Shown here: piece by piece, positions 49,227-58,428 of the stretch
How positions within the stretch are numbered: the first letter of the stretch is position 1
Layout of the letters: the number at the start of each line of letters is the position of its first letter
IMG/VR virus record: IMGVR_UViG_3300034198_015460
Coordinates: 17,136-81,135 of that record
Source: a virus
Strand: one strand, 5' to 3'
Length of the DNA stretch: 64,000 nucleotides
The notes under the pieces: model-generated
Told to the model about the DNA's origin: nothing
The model's input: the letters and a program-made list of their open reading frames with translations, nothing else
Database searches by the model: none
Made by a program: the position numbers and the translations under genes

Positions 49227-50153
49227 TTATTGTCCAGTTAATGGGTTTCTGGTCAAATTTGATATATTATTTAACCTTTGTGTTTCACTGGGAGAAAAGT
49301 AATAACCAGCAGCCGCTCCAACAGCTCCTCCAATAACGGTTCCAATAGCTGCACCATATTTTCCTGGGAAAAATCCACCAGCGAAATTTCCAATAGCCGC
49401 TCCAGCTATTGCGCCGACCAAAGTTGCTGCGCTTCCTGTTGATTCTTCGTTAAACCAAACTTCAATTTCTTTTATTTGCATTGTTAGATTTATTACAGTT
49501 GGCATCCCATCTTCGAAAAAAGATGGAGCTCCTGATCCTGTATAATCAATATTAATTGAAGAAATCACAGCTGGTTTAAATTTCATAATATTTGGGAAAT
49601 ATCCACCAGATACAGAAATCATCACTTTATTTGGATATAACAAAAGAAGTCCAGAGCTTCTTGCTGGAAGCATATTTTTCTTAATAGTATCTAGTATCTG
49701 CAAAAGCTGACCAGCTTCTTTTTGATTTTTGGGTGTGAAAGACCAACTAAAAGAAAATTCTTTAAATGTTGGTTGTTTAAAAAGCATAATCAAATGAGGA
49801 TTAAGAGCAATACCTGCAAAACTACCTGCTATAGCTGCGTTTGTACCTTGCAAACCCGCAGCAATGGCCGCTGCCTTTTCTCCACCTCCAGAAACCAAAG
49901 AAAGACCAGCTGATGTACCAGAAACTGGTTCGTATATGACAGATTGTACGTCGTTTATCTTCTTAGGAAGCGGTAGTCTTAAACCACCATTAAACAGAGA
50001 AGTTGCTAAGTTAGATAATGTTGAACCTGTAACTCCCATTCCCGTATTTTTCTCAAATCTTAAAGTCATAAAGTATTCACCAAGATCTTCTGGAAAAGAA
50101 GTGGTTTGTGTTGGTCTTTTTCTATTTTGTGGAAAATTTGGTGGAAGAGCCAT
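49227..50153 (-). CDS. gp48: gp48 baseplate tail-tube cap with glycine-zipper C-terminus
   Basis: LRLPLP..ALNPHLIMLFKQPTFKEFSFSWSFTPKNQKEA..YP..IDYT..LTMQIKEIE. Confidence 0.85.
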   Translation of the reverse strand: MALPPNFPQNRKRPTQTTSFPEDLGEYFMTLRFEKNTGMGVTGSTLSNLATSLFNGGLRLPLPKKINDVQSVIYEPVSGTSAGLSLVSGGGEKAAAIAAGLQGTNAAIAGSFAGIALNPHLIMLFKQPTFKEFSFSWSFTPKNQKEAGQLLQILDTIKKNMLPARSSGLLLLYPNKVMISVSGGYFPNIMKFKPAVISSINIDYTGSGAPSFFEDGMPTVINLTMQIKEIEVWFNEESTGSAATLVGAIAGAAIGNFAGGFFPGKYGAAIGTVIGGAVGAAAGYYFSPSETQRLNNISNLTRNPLTGQ

Positions 50154-50168
50154 TTCCTGTCCTATTTT

Positions 50169-50195
50169 AATAAATATAACTTTGTATTATTTATA
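50169..50195. promoter_or_regulatory. Face-to-face late promoters for the divergent gp48 and gp4 units
   Basis: AATAAATA (+, 50169-50176) and TATAAATA (-, 50188-50195). Confidence 0.7.
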
Positions 50196-50207
50196 TCGAG
50201 AGAAGAA

Positions 50208-50651
50208 ATGGTGAAATATCAAGGATACTTTAAACCTCAAAACCCTAAAAAATACAAAGGTGATCCCACAAATATAGTTTATCGTTCTGGGTGGGAGTTA
50301 AAGCTTATGTTAGAATTAGATAAAGACAAATCTGTAGTCAGCTGGGGATCTGAAGAAATAATAATTCCATATCGTTCCCCGATTGACAACAGAATACACA
50401 GATATTTTGTAGATTTCATTGTAACGAAAATAAATAGTGAAGGTAAAAAAGAAACTTCTTTGATAGAGATAAAACCGTTGAAAGAAACTGTTCCTCCACA
50501 ATTAAAAGACAAGAAAAACAAGAGATATCTAACAGAAGTTACTAGATGGGGAATTAATGATGCAAAATGGAAAGCAGCTAAAGAATATTGTAAAGATAAA
50601 GGATGGCAGTTTCACATTTTTACAGAAAAAGAATTAAATATAAGGTGGTAA
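50208..50651 (+). CDS. gp4: gp4 head completion nuclease
   Basis: FKPQNPKKYKGDPTNIVYRSGWE..WGSEE..HRYFVDF..IEIKP..NDAKWKAA..FTEKEL. Confidence 0.95.
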   Translation: MVKYQGYFKPQNPKKYKGDPTNIVYRSGWELKLMLELDKDKSVVSWGSEEIIIPYRSPIDNRIHRYFVDFIVTKINSEGKKETSLIEIKPLKETVPPQLKDKKNKRYLTEVTRWGINDAKWKAAKEYCKDKGWQFHIFTEKELNIRW

Positions 50652-51209
50652 ATGGCTATCCAAACTCCAAATTTTAGAACCGCTAAAGAAGCAGCAGACT
50701 GGTACACATCTCAAATCCAAAATATCGGATCTCAAGGATTTTCGTTTTCCGAAGAAACTCAAAAAAATAAAAATTTCACCACAATAACGATCGGAAAAAT
50801 GTTCTTGTTTGCTTATGACGCAAAATATAAAGACACTTTACCATTTTTTGATCAATTTCCTCTAGTAATACCCTTTGAATTTGTAAATCAAGGTTTTATG
50901 GGATTAAATTTACACTATTTGCCTCCTGGAGCCAGAGGGTCTCTTTTAGATGCTTTGGCCTCTACTATGAATAATGATAAATATAATGACACAACTATAC
51001 TTCAAATAAATTATCAGTTATTGAAGCAGTCTGCTAATGCGTTCTCAGGTTATGAAAACTGTGTAAAAAAATATCTTTTTGGTCATGTAAAAAGCCAATT
51101 AAAATATATTGATCCAAAAGATTGGGATAAAGTAGTTATGTTACCAATTCATAAATGGTATATAAATCCAAATTCGAAATATTCTTCAAAAGCCTCTCCT
51201 CCCTACTAG
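50652..51209 (+). CDS. gp2: gp2 DNA end protector
   Basis: GKMFLFAYDAKYKDTLPFFDQFPLV..GLNLHYLPP..KKYLFGHVKS. Confidence 0.92.
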   Translation: MAIQTPNFRTAKEAADWYTSQIQNIGSQGFSFSEETQKNKNFTTITIGKMFLFAYDAKYKDTLPFFDQFPLVIPFEFVNQGFMGLNLHYLPPGARGSLLDALASTMNNDKYNDTTILQINYQLLKQSANAFSGYENCVKKYLFGHVKSQLKYIDPKDWDKVVMLPIHKWYINPNSKYSSKASPPY

Positions 51210-51218
51210 GAAATACAA

Positions 51219-51905
51219 ATGCCTTTTAATATAAACAGCTTTAAAACAAATATTGTTGATTATGGTTATCTTCCAACAAACAAATTTGAATTGTTTTTGT
51301 CACCCCCCGCTATATTGAGAAATTCAAACATCAATACGCTTGGCACTGATGCTCCTGTTGAAAGAATAATCAAAAATCATCAATTCAGAATAAATCAAAT
51401 AAGAGCTCCTGGAGTAAATCTTTCTGTTGTTGATAACGCTGTATATGGTATAGGCACAAATCAAAAATTCCCAGTCAATGCACAATTTAATGATATGTCT
51501 TTTGAAATTTTTTCCGATGGATATGGAGAAATTTGGCAATTTTGGCATAATTGGATAAACACAATTTTTGGATTTACCAGCACAACCAATGCTGCTACTG
51601 GTCAAGCAAATAAATTTGCCTCGTATACTGCAAAGTATAAGGACGAATATTCTACAACTATCCAATTGAGAATATATGACAATTTTGGAAATGATATACA
51701 AAATTTCAATTTTTTTGAGGCTTTTCCTATATCGTTAAGGGAAGTACCGTTATCATGGGGCGCGAGTAATGATATGATCAAATTAACTGTTGGTTTGACA
51801 TATAAAGAACATACAATAGATGGTTCTTCAGTGACTAAAAATTTAAACACATTGAACAGTGGAGTTTCTTCAACTGGATTTACTTCAGAAATGGGCTATT
51901 TGTAA
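51219..51905 (+). CDS. gp54-like tail tube initiator (gp19 paralog)
   Basis: MPFNINSFK N-terminus identical to gp19; YKDEY..EAFPISL..LSW. Confidence 0.75.
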   Translation: MPFNINSFKTNIVDYGYLPTNKFELFLSPPAILRNSNINTLGTDAPVERIIKNHQFRINQIRAPGVNLSVVDNAVYGIGTNQKFPVNAQFNDMSFEIFSDGYGEIWQFWHNWINTIFGFTSTTNAATGQANKFASYTAKYKDEYSTTIQLRIYDNFGNDIQNFNFFEAFPISLREVPLSWGASNDMIKLTVGLTYKEHTIDGSSVTKNLNTLNSGVSSTGFTSEMGYL

Positions 51906-51926
51906 TATATTATTGGAGATTAAATA

Positions 51927-52637
51927 ATGTCTTTGCCGAAAATAAACTATCCTATCTATAATATCAAAATACCTTCTTTAAAGAAATCTTTTAAATTTAG
52001 ACCTTTCCTAGTAAAAGAAGAAAAACTGTTGTTAATGGCTAAAGAATCTCAAAATTCTTCAGATATTTTGACAACAGTGAAACAAATTGTGAATAATTGT
52101 TGTCTAGACAAAATTTTTAATGTTGATAAATTAGCTTTATTTGATCTAGAATACATTTTCTTGAAATTAAGAGCTTTTTCTGTGAATAATATTGTAAATG
52201 TTTCTTATAAAGACGAAGAAGACGAGACATTTCACGATTTTGAAGTAAATTTAGAAAAAGTTGAAGTGGTTTTTCCGGAAAAAATTGAAAATAACATAAA
52301 AATAACAAAAAATTCTGGTATTTTGATGAAATATCCACCAGCTTCGTTGTATGACGATAAAGAATTTTTATCTCTTGATAAAGATTTTCTTTTTGAGCTG
52401 ATGATAAGGTGTATTGATAAAATTTACGAGAATGATACAATTTATGAGAGTAAAGATTACAAAAAAGAAGAGCTCGGAGAGTTTTTAGAGAGTCTAGATT
52501 TGAAAGTTTTTGAACAAATACAATTATTTTTAATAAATATCCCAAAATTAAACTATGAATTAGAATATGTTAATAAAAAAGGAAATCCTAGAAAAATTGT
52601 GTTGAGCTCACTAAACGATTTTTTTACATGGCGCTGA
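51927..52637 (+). CDS. gp26: gp26 baseplate hub subunit
   Basis: MSLPKI..FRPFLVKEEKLLLMA..FDLEYIFLKLRAFSV..MKYP..LNDFF. Confidence 0.92.
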   Translation: MSLPKINYPIYNIKIPSLKKSFKFRPFLVKEEKLLLMAKESQNSSDILTTVKQIVNNCCLDKIFNVDKLALFDLEYIFLKLRAFSVNNIVNVSYKDEEDETFHDFEVNLEKVEVVFPEKIENNIKITKNSGILMKYPPASLYDDKEFLSLDKDFLFELMIRCIDKIYENDTIYESKDYKKEELGEFLESLDLKVFEQIQLFLINIPKLNYELEYVNKKGNPRKIVLSSLNDFFTWR

Positions 52638-52807
52638 GTCATAACAATCTAGAAAATTATTATAAAACAACATTTTCTATGGCTCAGCATCATAAATATT
52701 CTATTAGTGAAATAGAAAATCTTATTCCATTTGAAAGAGATTTGTATGTTGATATGTTACTAGATTATCTCAAAAAATTAGAAGAAGAAAAACAGAAGAT
52801 CCAATAA
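52628..52807 (+). CDS. gp51: gp51-like baseplate hub assembly protein (59 aa, below ORF-track cutoff)
   Basis: Manual translation MALSHNNLENYYKTTFSMAQHHKYSISEIENLIPFERDLYVDMLLDYLKK.. Confidence 0.8.
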   Translation: MALSHNNLENYYKTTFSMAQHHKYSISEIENLIPFERDLYVDMLLDYLKKLEEEKQKIQ

Positions 52808-54810
52808 TGGCTGTACAACCAAATTTTTTAGATATTTTAAAAAGTAAAATAGATCCTGTTCGAGAACAGGGAACTAAAATATATTCTGAATTTAGAGAAG
52901 CAGCAAGAAAAAACGATAGCACAGTAGCTAATATTCTAAGAGACTTTCATACATTCGTTTCATCTTCAAAAAAACAAGATTCAGATACAAACGATAATGT
53001 TACACAATTAGAAAATAAAATTTCAAATTTATCAAAGAATCAAGATAATATTTCTACACAATTAGAAAATTTGATAAAACAGCAACAAGAACTTAGCTTT
53101 AAACTACAAAAAATAATTAAAATTCTTGATATTGATCCATCAGAAGAAACAGTTGGAAAGAAATTTTTATCTCATCTAAAAACTCTTTTTGAAGACAAAA
53201 GAGAAGGAAATTCAAATCTAATAGCTGCTGGACTTGGGGTAGCTTTGATTGGCGCCCAAGCAATGAGAGGAGGTGGTGGAGGAGGCGGAAGTGGCCCTAA
53301 CACCCAACCGCCAGGAACACCAAAAGCAGAATCTGGCTCTGCAACAGAAGCATTACAATTCTTCATATCCAAAGGTTGGTCAAAAGAACAAGCAGCAGGG
53401 ATAGTGGGTAATCTGCAGGCTGAATCTAATTTCAAAACTGACGCAGTTGGAGATAATGGGAAAGCATACGGTATTGCTCAATGGCATCCAGATAGACAAC
53501 AAATATTTGAGCGCCAATATGGTAAATCTATTAAAGAAGCTTCGTTTAAAGAGCAATTGGAATTCGTTGATTGGGAGCTCAATAACAATGAGAAAAAAGC
53601 TGGAAATGCGATAAGAAACGCCAAAACCGCTGAAGAAGCAGCTTCTTTAACCGATCAACTATATGAAAGATCAAGCGGAGAACATAGACAAAAAAGAATT
53701 GATTTTGCCAAATCGTTAGTGGGAGATAATAATAATCAACAACAGTCCTCCCAAACTCAAGCTCCCGGACCCGGACCTACTGGTCAACAAGGTGCTACGT
53801 CACCAGAAGGAAAACAATCATCTGTTCCTTCTTTTGGCGCATCAACTCCCGGCGTTAATCCACAATCAAATATCACACCTTCTGTAGATTTAACTTCTGT
53901 AAGATCGAAAAGTGGGAAATCCGCTCAAGTAGATGCTAAATCTGCACCACAATTCCAAGGATTCATAAACGATTTAGAAAATACTGGATATAAAATAGAA
54001 ACTCTTGGTGGATATGCCAATAGACAAAATGTCAATGATCCAACCAAGAAAAGTGTTCATGCTTATGGTATGGCTATTGATATCAATTCTGAAAACAATC
54101 CTAACAGAAGCACTAAAACAGATTTACCACCAGAAACAAACCAATTGGCTCAAAAATGGGGTCTTGGTTGGGGTATGAATTGGTCTTCCGTAAAAGACCC
54201 CATGCATTTCTCTACTGATAAAGACGAGGGCGGTACTATGGGGAAAACTGCAACAGAAAATACCCGACCATCGCAGCAATCACAACAACAGGCTTCCGCC
54301 CCCGCGCCAATGCCAGCTATGTCGCCTTCAGAAGCTTTAAGAGAAGCAGGAATGGAAGGAGGGACTTTACAAAATGCTATGAGTCAAGCCTTTGGCCCCA
54401 CCCAACAACAATCCCCTACACCTTTCAGCCAACAACAACCATTTCAACAAAATATGATGATGAGAGGAGCGACTACAAATTTAATTGCTACCATTCTTAA
54501 CAGTGTTATCGGAAACAGATTACCAGGAAATATGTTAAGAGATACTAGACCAACACAAATAGAAAATGCTGCTATAAGCTCGTTAATTCAGCCAGCAAAT
54601 AGAAACGAATTTGTCAGAAATTTACAACAACAACCAAATTTAGACCCTAACGACCAACGAAGTAATGCATTCATAAATGAAGGTCAAAGTGGGATGGATA
54701 GCAGATTGTCTAAGTTTTTACAAGTAAATAATACAAATTGGACTTCAAGCCTTGCCTCGTATTATGGTTTACAGCAAGAAACCGGAGTAGCTTATAACGC
54801 TACTGGGTAA
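52807..54810 (+). CDS. Tape-measure/hub-like protein with tail-lysozyme and M15 peptidase domains
   Basis: N-terminal coiled coil; QAAGIVGNLQAES..AYGIAQW..YERS; GGYANR..SVHAYGMAIDIN..WG..DPMHF. Confidence 0.8.
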   Translation: MAVQPNFLDILKSKIDPVREQGTKIYSEFREAARKNDSTVANILRDFHTFVSSSKKQDSDTNDNVTQLENKISNLSKNQDNISTQLENLIKQQQELSFKLQKIIKILDIDPSEETVGKKFLSHLKTLFEDKREGNSNLIAAGLGVALIGAQAMRGGGGGGGSGPNTQPPGTPKAESGSATEALQFFISKGWSKEQAAGIVGNLQAESNFKTDAVGDNGKAYGIAQWHPDRQQIFERQYGKSIKEASFKEQLEFVDWELNNNEKKAGNAIRNAKTAEEAASLTDQLYERSSGEHRQKRIDFAKSLVGDNNNQQQSSQTQAPGPGPTGQQGATSPEGKQSSVPSFGASTPGVNPQSNITPSVDLTSVRSKSGKSAQVDAKSAPQFQGFINDLENTGYKIETLGGYANRQNVNDPTKKSVHAYGMAIDINSENNPNRSTKTDLPPETNQLAQKWGLGWGMNWSSVKDPMHFSTDKDEGGTMGKTATENTRPSQQSQQQASAPAPMPAMSPSEALREAGMEGGTLQNAMSQAFGPTQQQSPTPFSQQQPFQQNMMMRGATTNLIATILNSVIGNRLPGNMLRDTRPTQIENAAISSLIQPANRNEFVRNLQQQPNLDPNDQRSNAFINEGQSGMDSRLSKFLQVNNTNWTSSLASYYGLQQETGVAYNATG

Positions 54811-54815
54811 AAATT

Positions 54816-54840
54816 AAGGGAGCCGAAGCTCCCTTTTTTT
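54816..54840. terminator. Terminator between convergent genes
   Basis: AAGGGAGC-CGAA-GCTCCCTT followed by a T run on +; reads C(UUCG)G on -. Confidence 0.85.
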
Positions 54841-55747
54841 ATTCTCTTGCTAGTTTCTTAAAATAGTCAAGAGTATCATCTTCTTCATCATCTCCACCAG
54901 CCATGGCTAGTTTTGGAGCAGGTTCGGAATTTAGACGAGGTTCTGGGGTCCATGGTAGCTCTTCTTCTTCAGCCCTACGAGAAGCTGAATTACGAGAAGC
55001 TGGACCATCTTCTGCAAGAACTTTAGCGAGACGAGCTTTTAGCTCTTCGTAGCTCTTGAAGTTTGAAACGTCCAAAAACGCTTTCAGTGAATGTTCTTTT
55101 TTCCAGACTTCTTCCATCTTAGAATCATCTGCGAACAAACGACCAATTTTATCAAACTCTGAACGATCGTAATTGCGATATCCTTCGACATTACGAATCT
55201 TTAGTTTGAAATTTGCACCAGTCCAGAAATCAAATGGATTTACTGCTTCTTCGTCAGCAAATTGAGGATTCATGGCTTCGCTTAGTTTATCAAAGATTTT
55301 CTTTCCATATTTGAATAGAAAAACCTTACCTTCGTTGTCTGGATTAGCAGGGTCGCTAACAACATAGATGTTAGACACATAATGCAGACGACGTTTTTGC
55401 TTACGTGCAACTTCTTTGTCGGCTTCTGTTCCACTATTCCATAGCTTACCATTTAGCTCTGAGACTGGGTCTGGTTTGCCGATTGATGTTAGAGAATTCT
55501 CAATATACCAACCACCTGGCCCTTGGAAACCATGATCCCAATAACGAATAAAGGGTAGGTCTTCTTCACCTGGAGGCGGAAGAAAGCGAATTACAGCAAA
55601 ACCGTTACCGACTTTATCTACCGTTGGCGACCAAAAACGATCATCGCCCTTGCTTTCTTGATTTGTAGAAATCTTTGAAACTTCTGCATTGAGAACGTCT
55701 AGAGACTTTTTACCAGACATCTGTTTTAGTTTTGAAAAATCAACCAT
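54839..55747 (-). CDS. gp32: gp32 single-stranded DNA-binding protein
   Basis: DDRFW..GNGFAVIRFLP..HGFQGPGGWYIENSLT..NEGKVFLFKYGKKIFDK..GANFKLKIR..NYDRSEF; acidic tail. Confidence 0.97.
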   Translation of the reverse strand: MVDFSKLKQMSGKKSLDVLNAEVSKISTNQESKGDDRFWSPTVDKVGNGFAVIRFLPPPGEEDLPFIRYWDHGFQGPGGWYIENSLTSIGKPDPVSELNGKLWNSGTEADKEVARKQKRRLHYVSNIYVVSDPANPDNEGKVFLFKYGKKIFDKLSEAMNPQFADEEAVNPFDFWTGANFKLKIRNVEGYRNYDRSEFDKIGRLFADDSKMEEVWKKEHSLKAFLDVSNFKSYEELKARLAKVLAEDGPASRNSASRRAEEEELPWTPEPRLNSEPAPKLAMAGGDDEEDDTLDYFKKLARE

Positions 55748-55826
55748 ATGTATTCTCCGTATGTTTGTGTATGTTTGTGAATATGTTTATATAACTGTAT
55801 GTTGGGAAACAATCCCAACATTATTT

Positions 55827-55855
55827 AGTATAGCTTTACTCAGTAAAATAGTCAA
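55827..55855 (-). promoter_or_regulatory. sigma70-like promoter for gp32, overlapped by a late-like ACTAAATA
   Basis: TTGACT-N17-TATACT. Confidence 0.75.
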
Positions 55856-56414
55856 GACAAATTTTCTTCAATTTGTCCATATCTGATTTGATAAAAGGAG
55901 AATATTTTTCAACCTTTGCGCTTATTGATTGCCATATCAAATCATATTCCATCTTTTTATCCCAATGTTTTTTAGCTCCTGAAAGAGATAGCAATAAACA
56001 AAGAGTCTCAAGAGAAATTTCTTTAGCTAGATATTGTTTAAGTAGGAACGGATGTTCATTGTTTGAAACAAAAAAGTTTTCGTTAAACTTATCCATCAAT
56101 TTGTTCAAATCCTGTTTGAACATATATGTTATTGATTGTTGACGCTTCAACCAATTCGTATAAACCTTTTCCGCTTCTTCGCTATAGGCTAATTCTTTTA
56201 TCCAAGCTTTTTCGTTTTCAGAAAGATTCGCGACAAGAAAATTATGAACATCAGAATGTTTTGCAAGTTTTTGGAAAAAGAATTTATCTTTTCGTTTTTC
56301 AAATCCATCAAAAGATGCTTTTGATTTCCCATTGTATTTGAAATAATCGTAATCCGGTCTGGTAAAATGGTTTTTGAGAGATATATATTCTTTATAACAG
56401 TCAAATGGAGTCAT
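55836..56414 (-). CDS. gp59: gp59 helicase loader
   Basis: YISLKNHF..YDYFKYNGK..KRKDKFFFQKL..EISLETL..KYSPF. Confidence 0.92.
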   Translation of the reverse strand: MTPFDCYKEYISLKNHFTRPDYDYFKYNGKSKASFDGFEKRKDKFFFQKLAKHSDVHNFLVANLSENEKAWIKELAYSEEAEKVYTNWLKRQQSITYMFKQDLNKLMDKFNENFFVSNNEHPFLLKQYLAKEISLETLCLLLSLSGAKKHWDKKMEYDLIWQSISAKVEKYSPFIKSDMDKLKKICLDYFTE

Positions 56415-56626
56415 ATAGGCAACCTTGCTGTTTTTTTAAGAGCGTTTATGTTTTCGGCTTCCGATTCAATAATCGCTTTGATAGTTGGGTCTTTCTTAAT
56501 CCAATAAGCTGCAGTTTCAATCTCAATATTATCTTCTTGACAAATTTTCACAACTGCATCAATATACTCCATATTTTTTTCAGAGCAAAGTTTTATAACT
56601 CGTTCTACGAACTGGTTGTTATTCAT
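56411..56626 (-). CDS. gp33: gp33 late-transcription co-activator
   Basis: MEYIDAVV..NIEIETAA..KAIIESEA..KKTARLPI; adjacent to gp59. Confidence 0.85.
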   Translation of the reverse strand: MNNNQFVERVIKLCSEKNMEYIDAVVKICQEDNIEIETAAYWIKKDPTIKAIIESEAENINALKKTARLPI

Positions 56627-56831
56627 CAGATTTACTCATACCAAAGAAAAGATTTTTAGCTGCTCCGGCAAAAACATGAGAAGCTAAAATAGACACATAA
56701 ATCAGAAAAAAAGTCAATATGTCTGGTCTATTTGACATTTTCCAAGCAAACACAGCAGGAAAAAGACTTATTACAAATAAGAGAGTCGCTAGAGTAATAT
56801 CTCTTACTTTTTCTGGTTGTTTTTGTTCCAT
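56619..56831 (-). CDS. Small two-TM membrane protein
   Basis: Two hydrophobic segments; start at MEQKQ because the upstream part of the track ORF overlaps a tRNA. Confidence 0.55.
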   Translation of the reverse strand: MEQKQPEKVRDITLATLLFVISLFPAVFAWKMSNRPDILTFFLIYVSILASHVFAGAAKNLFFGMSKSDE

Positions 56832-56852
56832 TAATCTTTCCTTGATGAAAAT

Positions 56853-56946
56853 TGGTACCCCCACTCGGATTCGAACCAAGACCGCGCTCCAATCTAGAGC
56901 ATACCACGGTTATAAGCCGTGCGTTCTACCATTAAACTATGAGGGC
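56853..56946 (-). tRNA. tRNA with UAU anticodon (nominal Ile) and a long variable arm, 94 nt
   Basis: GCCCTCA/TGGGGGT acceptor, GTTT/GAAC D-stem, CACGG-CTTATAA-CCGTG anticodon arm, 24-nt variable region, CTTGG-TTCGAAT-CCGAG T-arm, A73, encoded CCA. Confidence 0.9.
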
Positions 56947-56951
56947 GTATT

Positions 56952-57158
56952 TTAGTATGGCTTGACGTTCTTTAGCTGTTTATAGCTTTCATATGCTGCT
57001 CCAAGCAAAAAACTCATAAGCACAATCCATGAAAAACAAAACGCATAGATAATATATTCTGCGTCTACAAACGACAGGACATATGTCATAAATGATACAA
57101 TTCCCGCGATAAGAAACAGAAATCCAAAACCCTTGAGTGTAGTCTTCACGTGTTTCAT
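56952..57158 (-). CDS. Small two-TM membrane protein between the tRNAs
   Basis: AGGAG SD; two hydrophobic segments. Confidence 0.6.
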   Translation of the reverse strand: MKHVKTTLKGFGFLFLIAGIVSFMTYVLSFVDAEYIIYAFCFSWIVLMSFLLGAAYESYKQLKNVKPY

Positions 57159-57171
57159 TTTTTAACTCCTT

Positions 57172-57248
57172 TGGCGATCCCTGAAGGATTCGAACCTTCA
57201 ACCTACAGCTTAGAAGGCTGTTGCTCTGTCCGATTGAGCTAAGGGACC
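57172..57248 (-). tRNA. tRNA-Arg(UCU)
   Basis: GGTCCCT..ACAGC-CTTCTAA-GCTGT..GAAGG-TTCGAAT-CCTTC-AGGGATC-G-CCA. Confidence 0.95.
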
Positions 57249-57254
57249 TAATTT

Positions 57255-58373
57255 TTATACCACTTTTAGAAGAATAGTATTTTCGTTTACCCTTTTGGCA
57301 AACGGAGCTTCTCCTTTGATTTCATCCATAAGTTTGCGTAGAACTATTTTACCTCCATTTAGCACTCGGTCAAGGTAATATTCAGTCTTACGTCCAATCT
57401 TTTTTGTCGCAGAAGTTTCTTCGTTATAGTTAACAATTGAAGAACGATTGATTTGCAATCCACCACGATCAATGGCTCTAAACACTGTAAGAGTTTTATA
57501 CTTAGTATTAAACGCCCAAAGTTCTTGAGAACCAATGATTTTTTCAGGATTAACAGAAGCCAATTTGAGTTCTTTATCTTCTTTTTTAAAGACAAAATTC
57601 TTAAGCTTTTTATCAACAGAAATTGCCTTTGGTTTACGTACAGCACGAACCTTTTTCTCATTTGAACCATAGCGTTCGGCATCTTCTAGAATTTTGTTGA
57701 AGAATAAAATGCGTTCTTCTAATTGCTTTTTGGTAAGATGAGAATATCCTTCAACAAGCTGTTCATCATCGCCTTCGTAAGCTCCAACAAGATCGGCGAG
57801 CCATGGCTGATACTTTGGAATGATAAAAGAAACATAAACTGAAGGAACTTCCTTTTTCTTTAACCATTCATAAAGATCAAATTCAAGCCCGTCATCAATC
57901 ATGCCTTCGATCTCACAAAGAATATCATCAGAACGTTCGCGAATTTTCTGTTGAATATCAACACCCTTCTTAACCGGAGCTTCTTCCTCTGAGAAATCTT
58001 TAACTCTCTTAAGAGCTTCTTTGATGCTCTTTTCAAAGAAAGCGTAAGAACTGTCAGACAATTTAGCGCCACGCGAAGTCATTCGCGCAATCCAAGCTGC
58101 AATCTTTGGGTACCAAACATCAGAAACTTTGGCTAGTCTTTTTGCTTCCAAAGCACGATTGTTTTTGCGGAGATAATCTCCTAGATATTGCCTAGCTTCT
58201 TCGTCAGAAGCCATATAATTATACCAGGTCAGAGCCTTAGTATAATCCAAATCTTTTACTGGTCCATTGAAAATGGGCTCGTCACCAAGGTGCTTGCTGT
58301 TGATCAGGTAGGTTTCGCTCTTTGTTGTGCGAACCTTTCGTGTCTTTTTAGCGATAACTTGACGACGAGCCAT
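57255..58373 (-). CDS. Conserved hypothetical T4-like phage protein
   Basis: Long ORF with its own promoter; ALTWYNY..SVNPEKIIG..NTKYKTL..RVNENTILLKV. Confidence 0.7.
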   Translation of the reverse strand: MARRQVIAKKTRKVRTTKSETYLINSKHLGDEPIFNGPVKDLDYTKALTWYNYMASDEEARQYLGDYLRKNNRALEAKRLAKVSDVWYPKIAAWIARMTSRGAKLSDSSYAFFEKSIKEALKRVKDFSEEEAPVKKGVDIQQKIRERSDDILCEIEGMIDDGLEFDLYEWLKKKEVPSVYVSFIIPKYQPWLADLVGAYEGDDEQLVEGYSHLTKKQLEERILFFNKILEDAERYGSNEKKVRAVRKPKAISVDKKLKNFVFKKEDKELKLASVNPEKIIGSQELWAFNTKYKTLTVFRAIDRGGLQINRSSIVNYNEETSATKKIGRKTEYYLDRVLNGGKIVLRKLMDEIKGEAPFAKRVNENTILLKVV

Positions 58374-58399
58374 TTCAGTTCCCTTCAATTTATGGTAGT

Positions 58400-58428
58400 A
58401 TTATACTATACACCAAGCCTAAAGTCAA
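58400..58428 (-). promoter_or_regulatory. sigma70-like early promoter
   Basis: TTGACT-N17-TATAAT. Confidence 0.82.

Noticed and set aside
56882-56904. Variable-arm hairpin read as an amber (CUA) anticodon arm or as a tRNA intron
   Set aside because: The canonical 5-bp stem with a 7-nt loop (U33, A37) is the UAU arm. The extra stem has a 3-nt loop and sits at the variable position, not at 37/38.
56832-57201. Track ORFs overlapping the tRNAs (5' part of 56619-56879, 56719-56955, 56989-57201)
   Set aside because: They overlap well-formed tRNA genes or a better-supported ORF.
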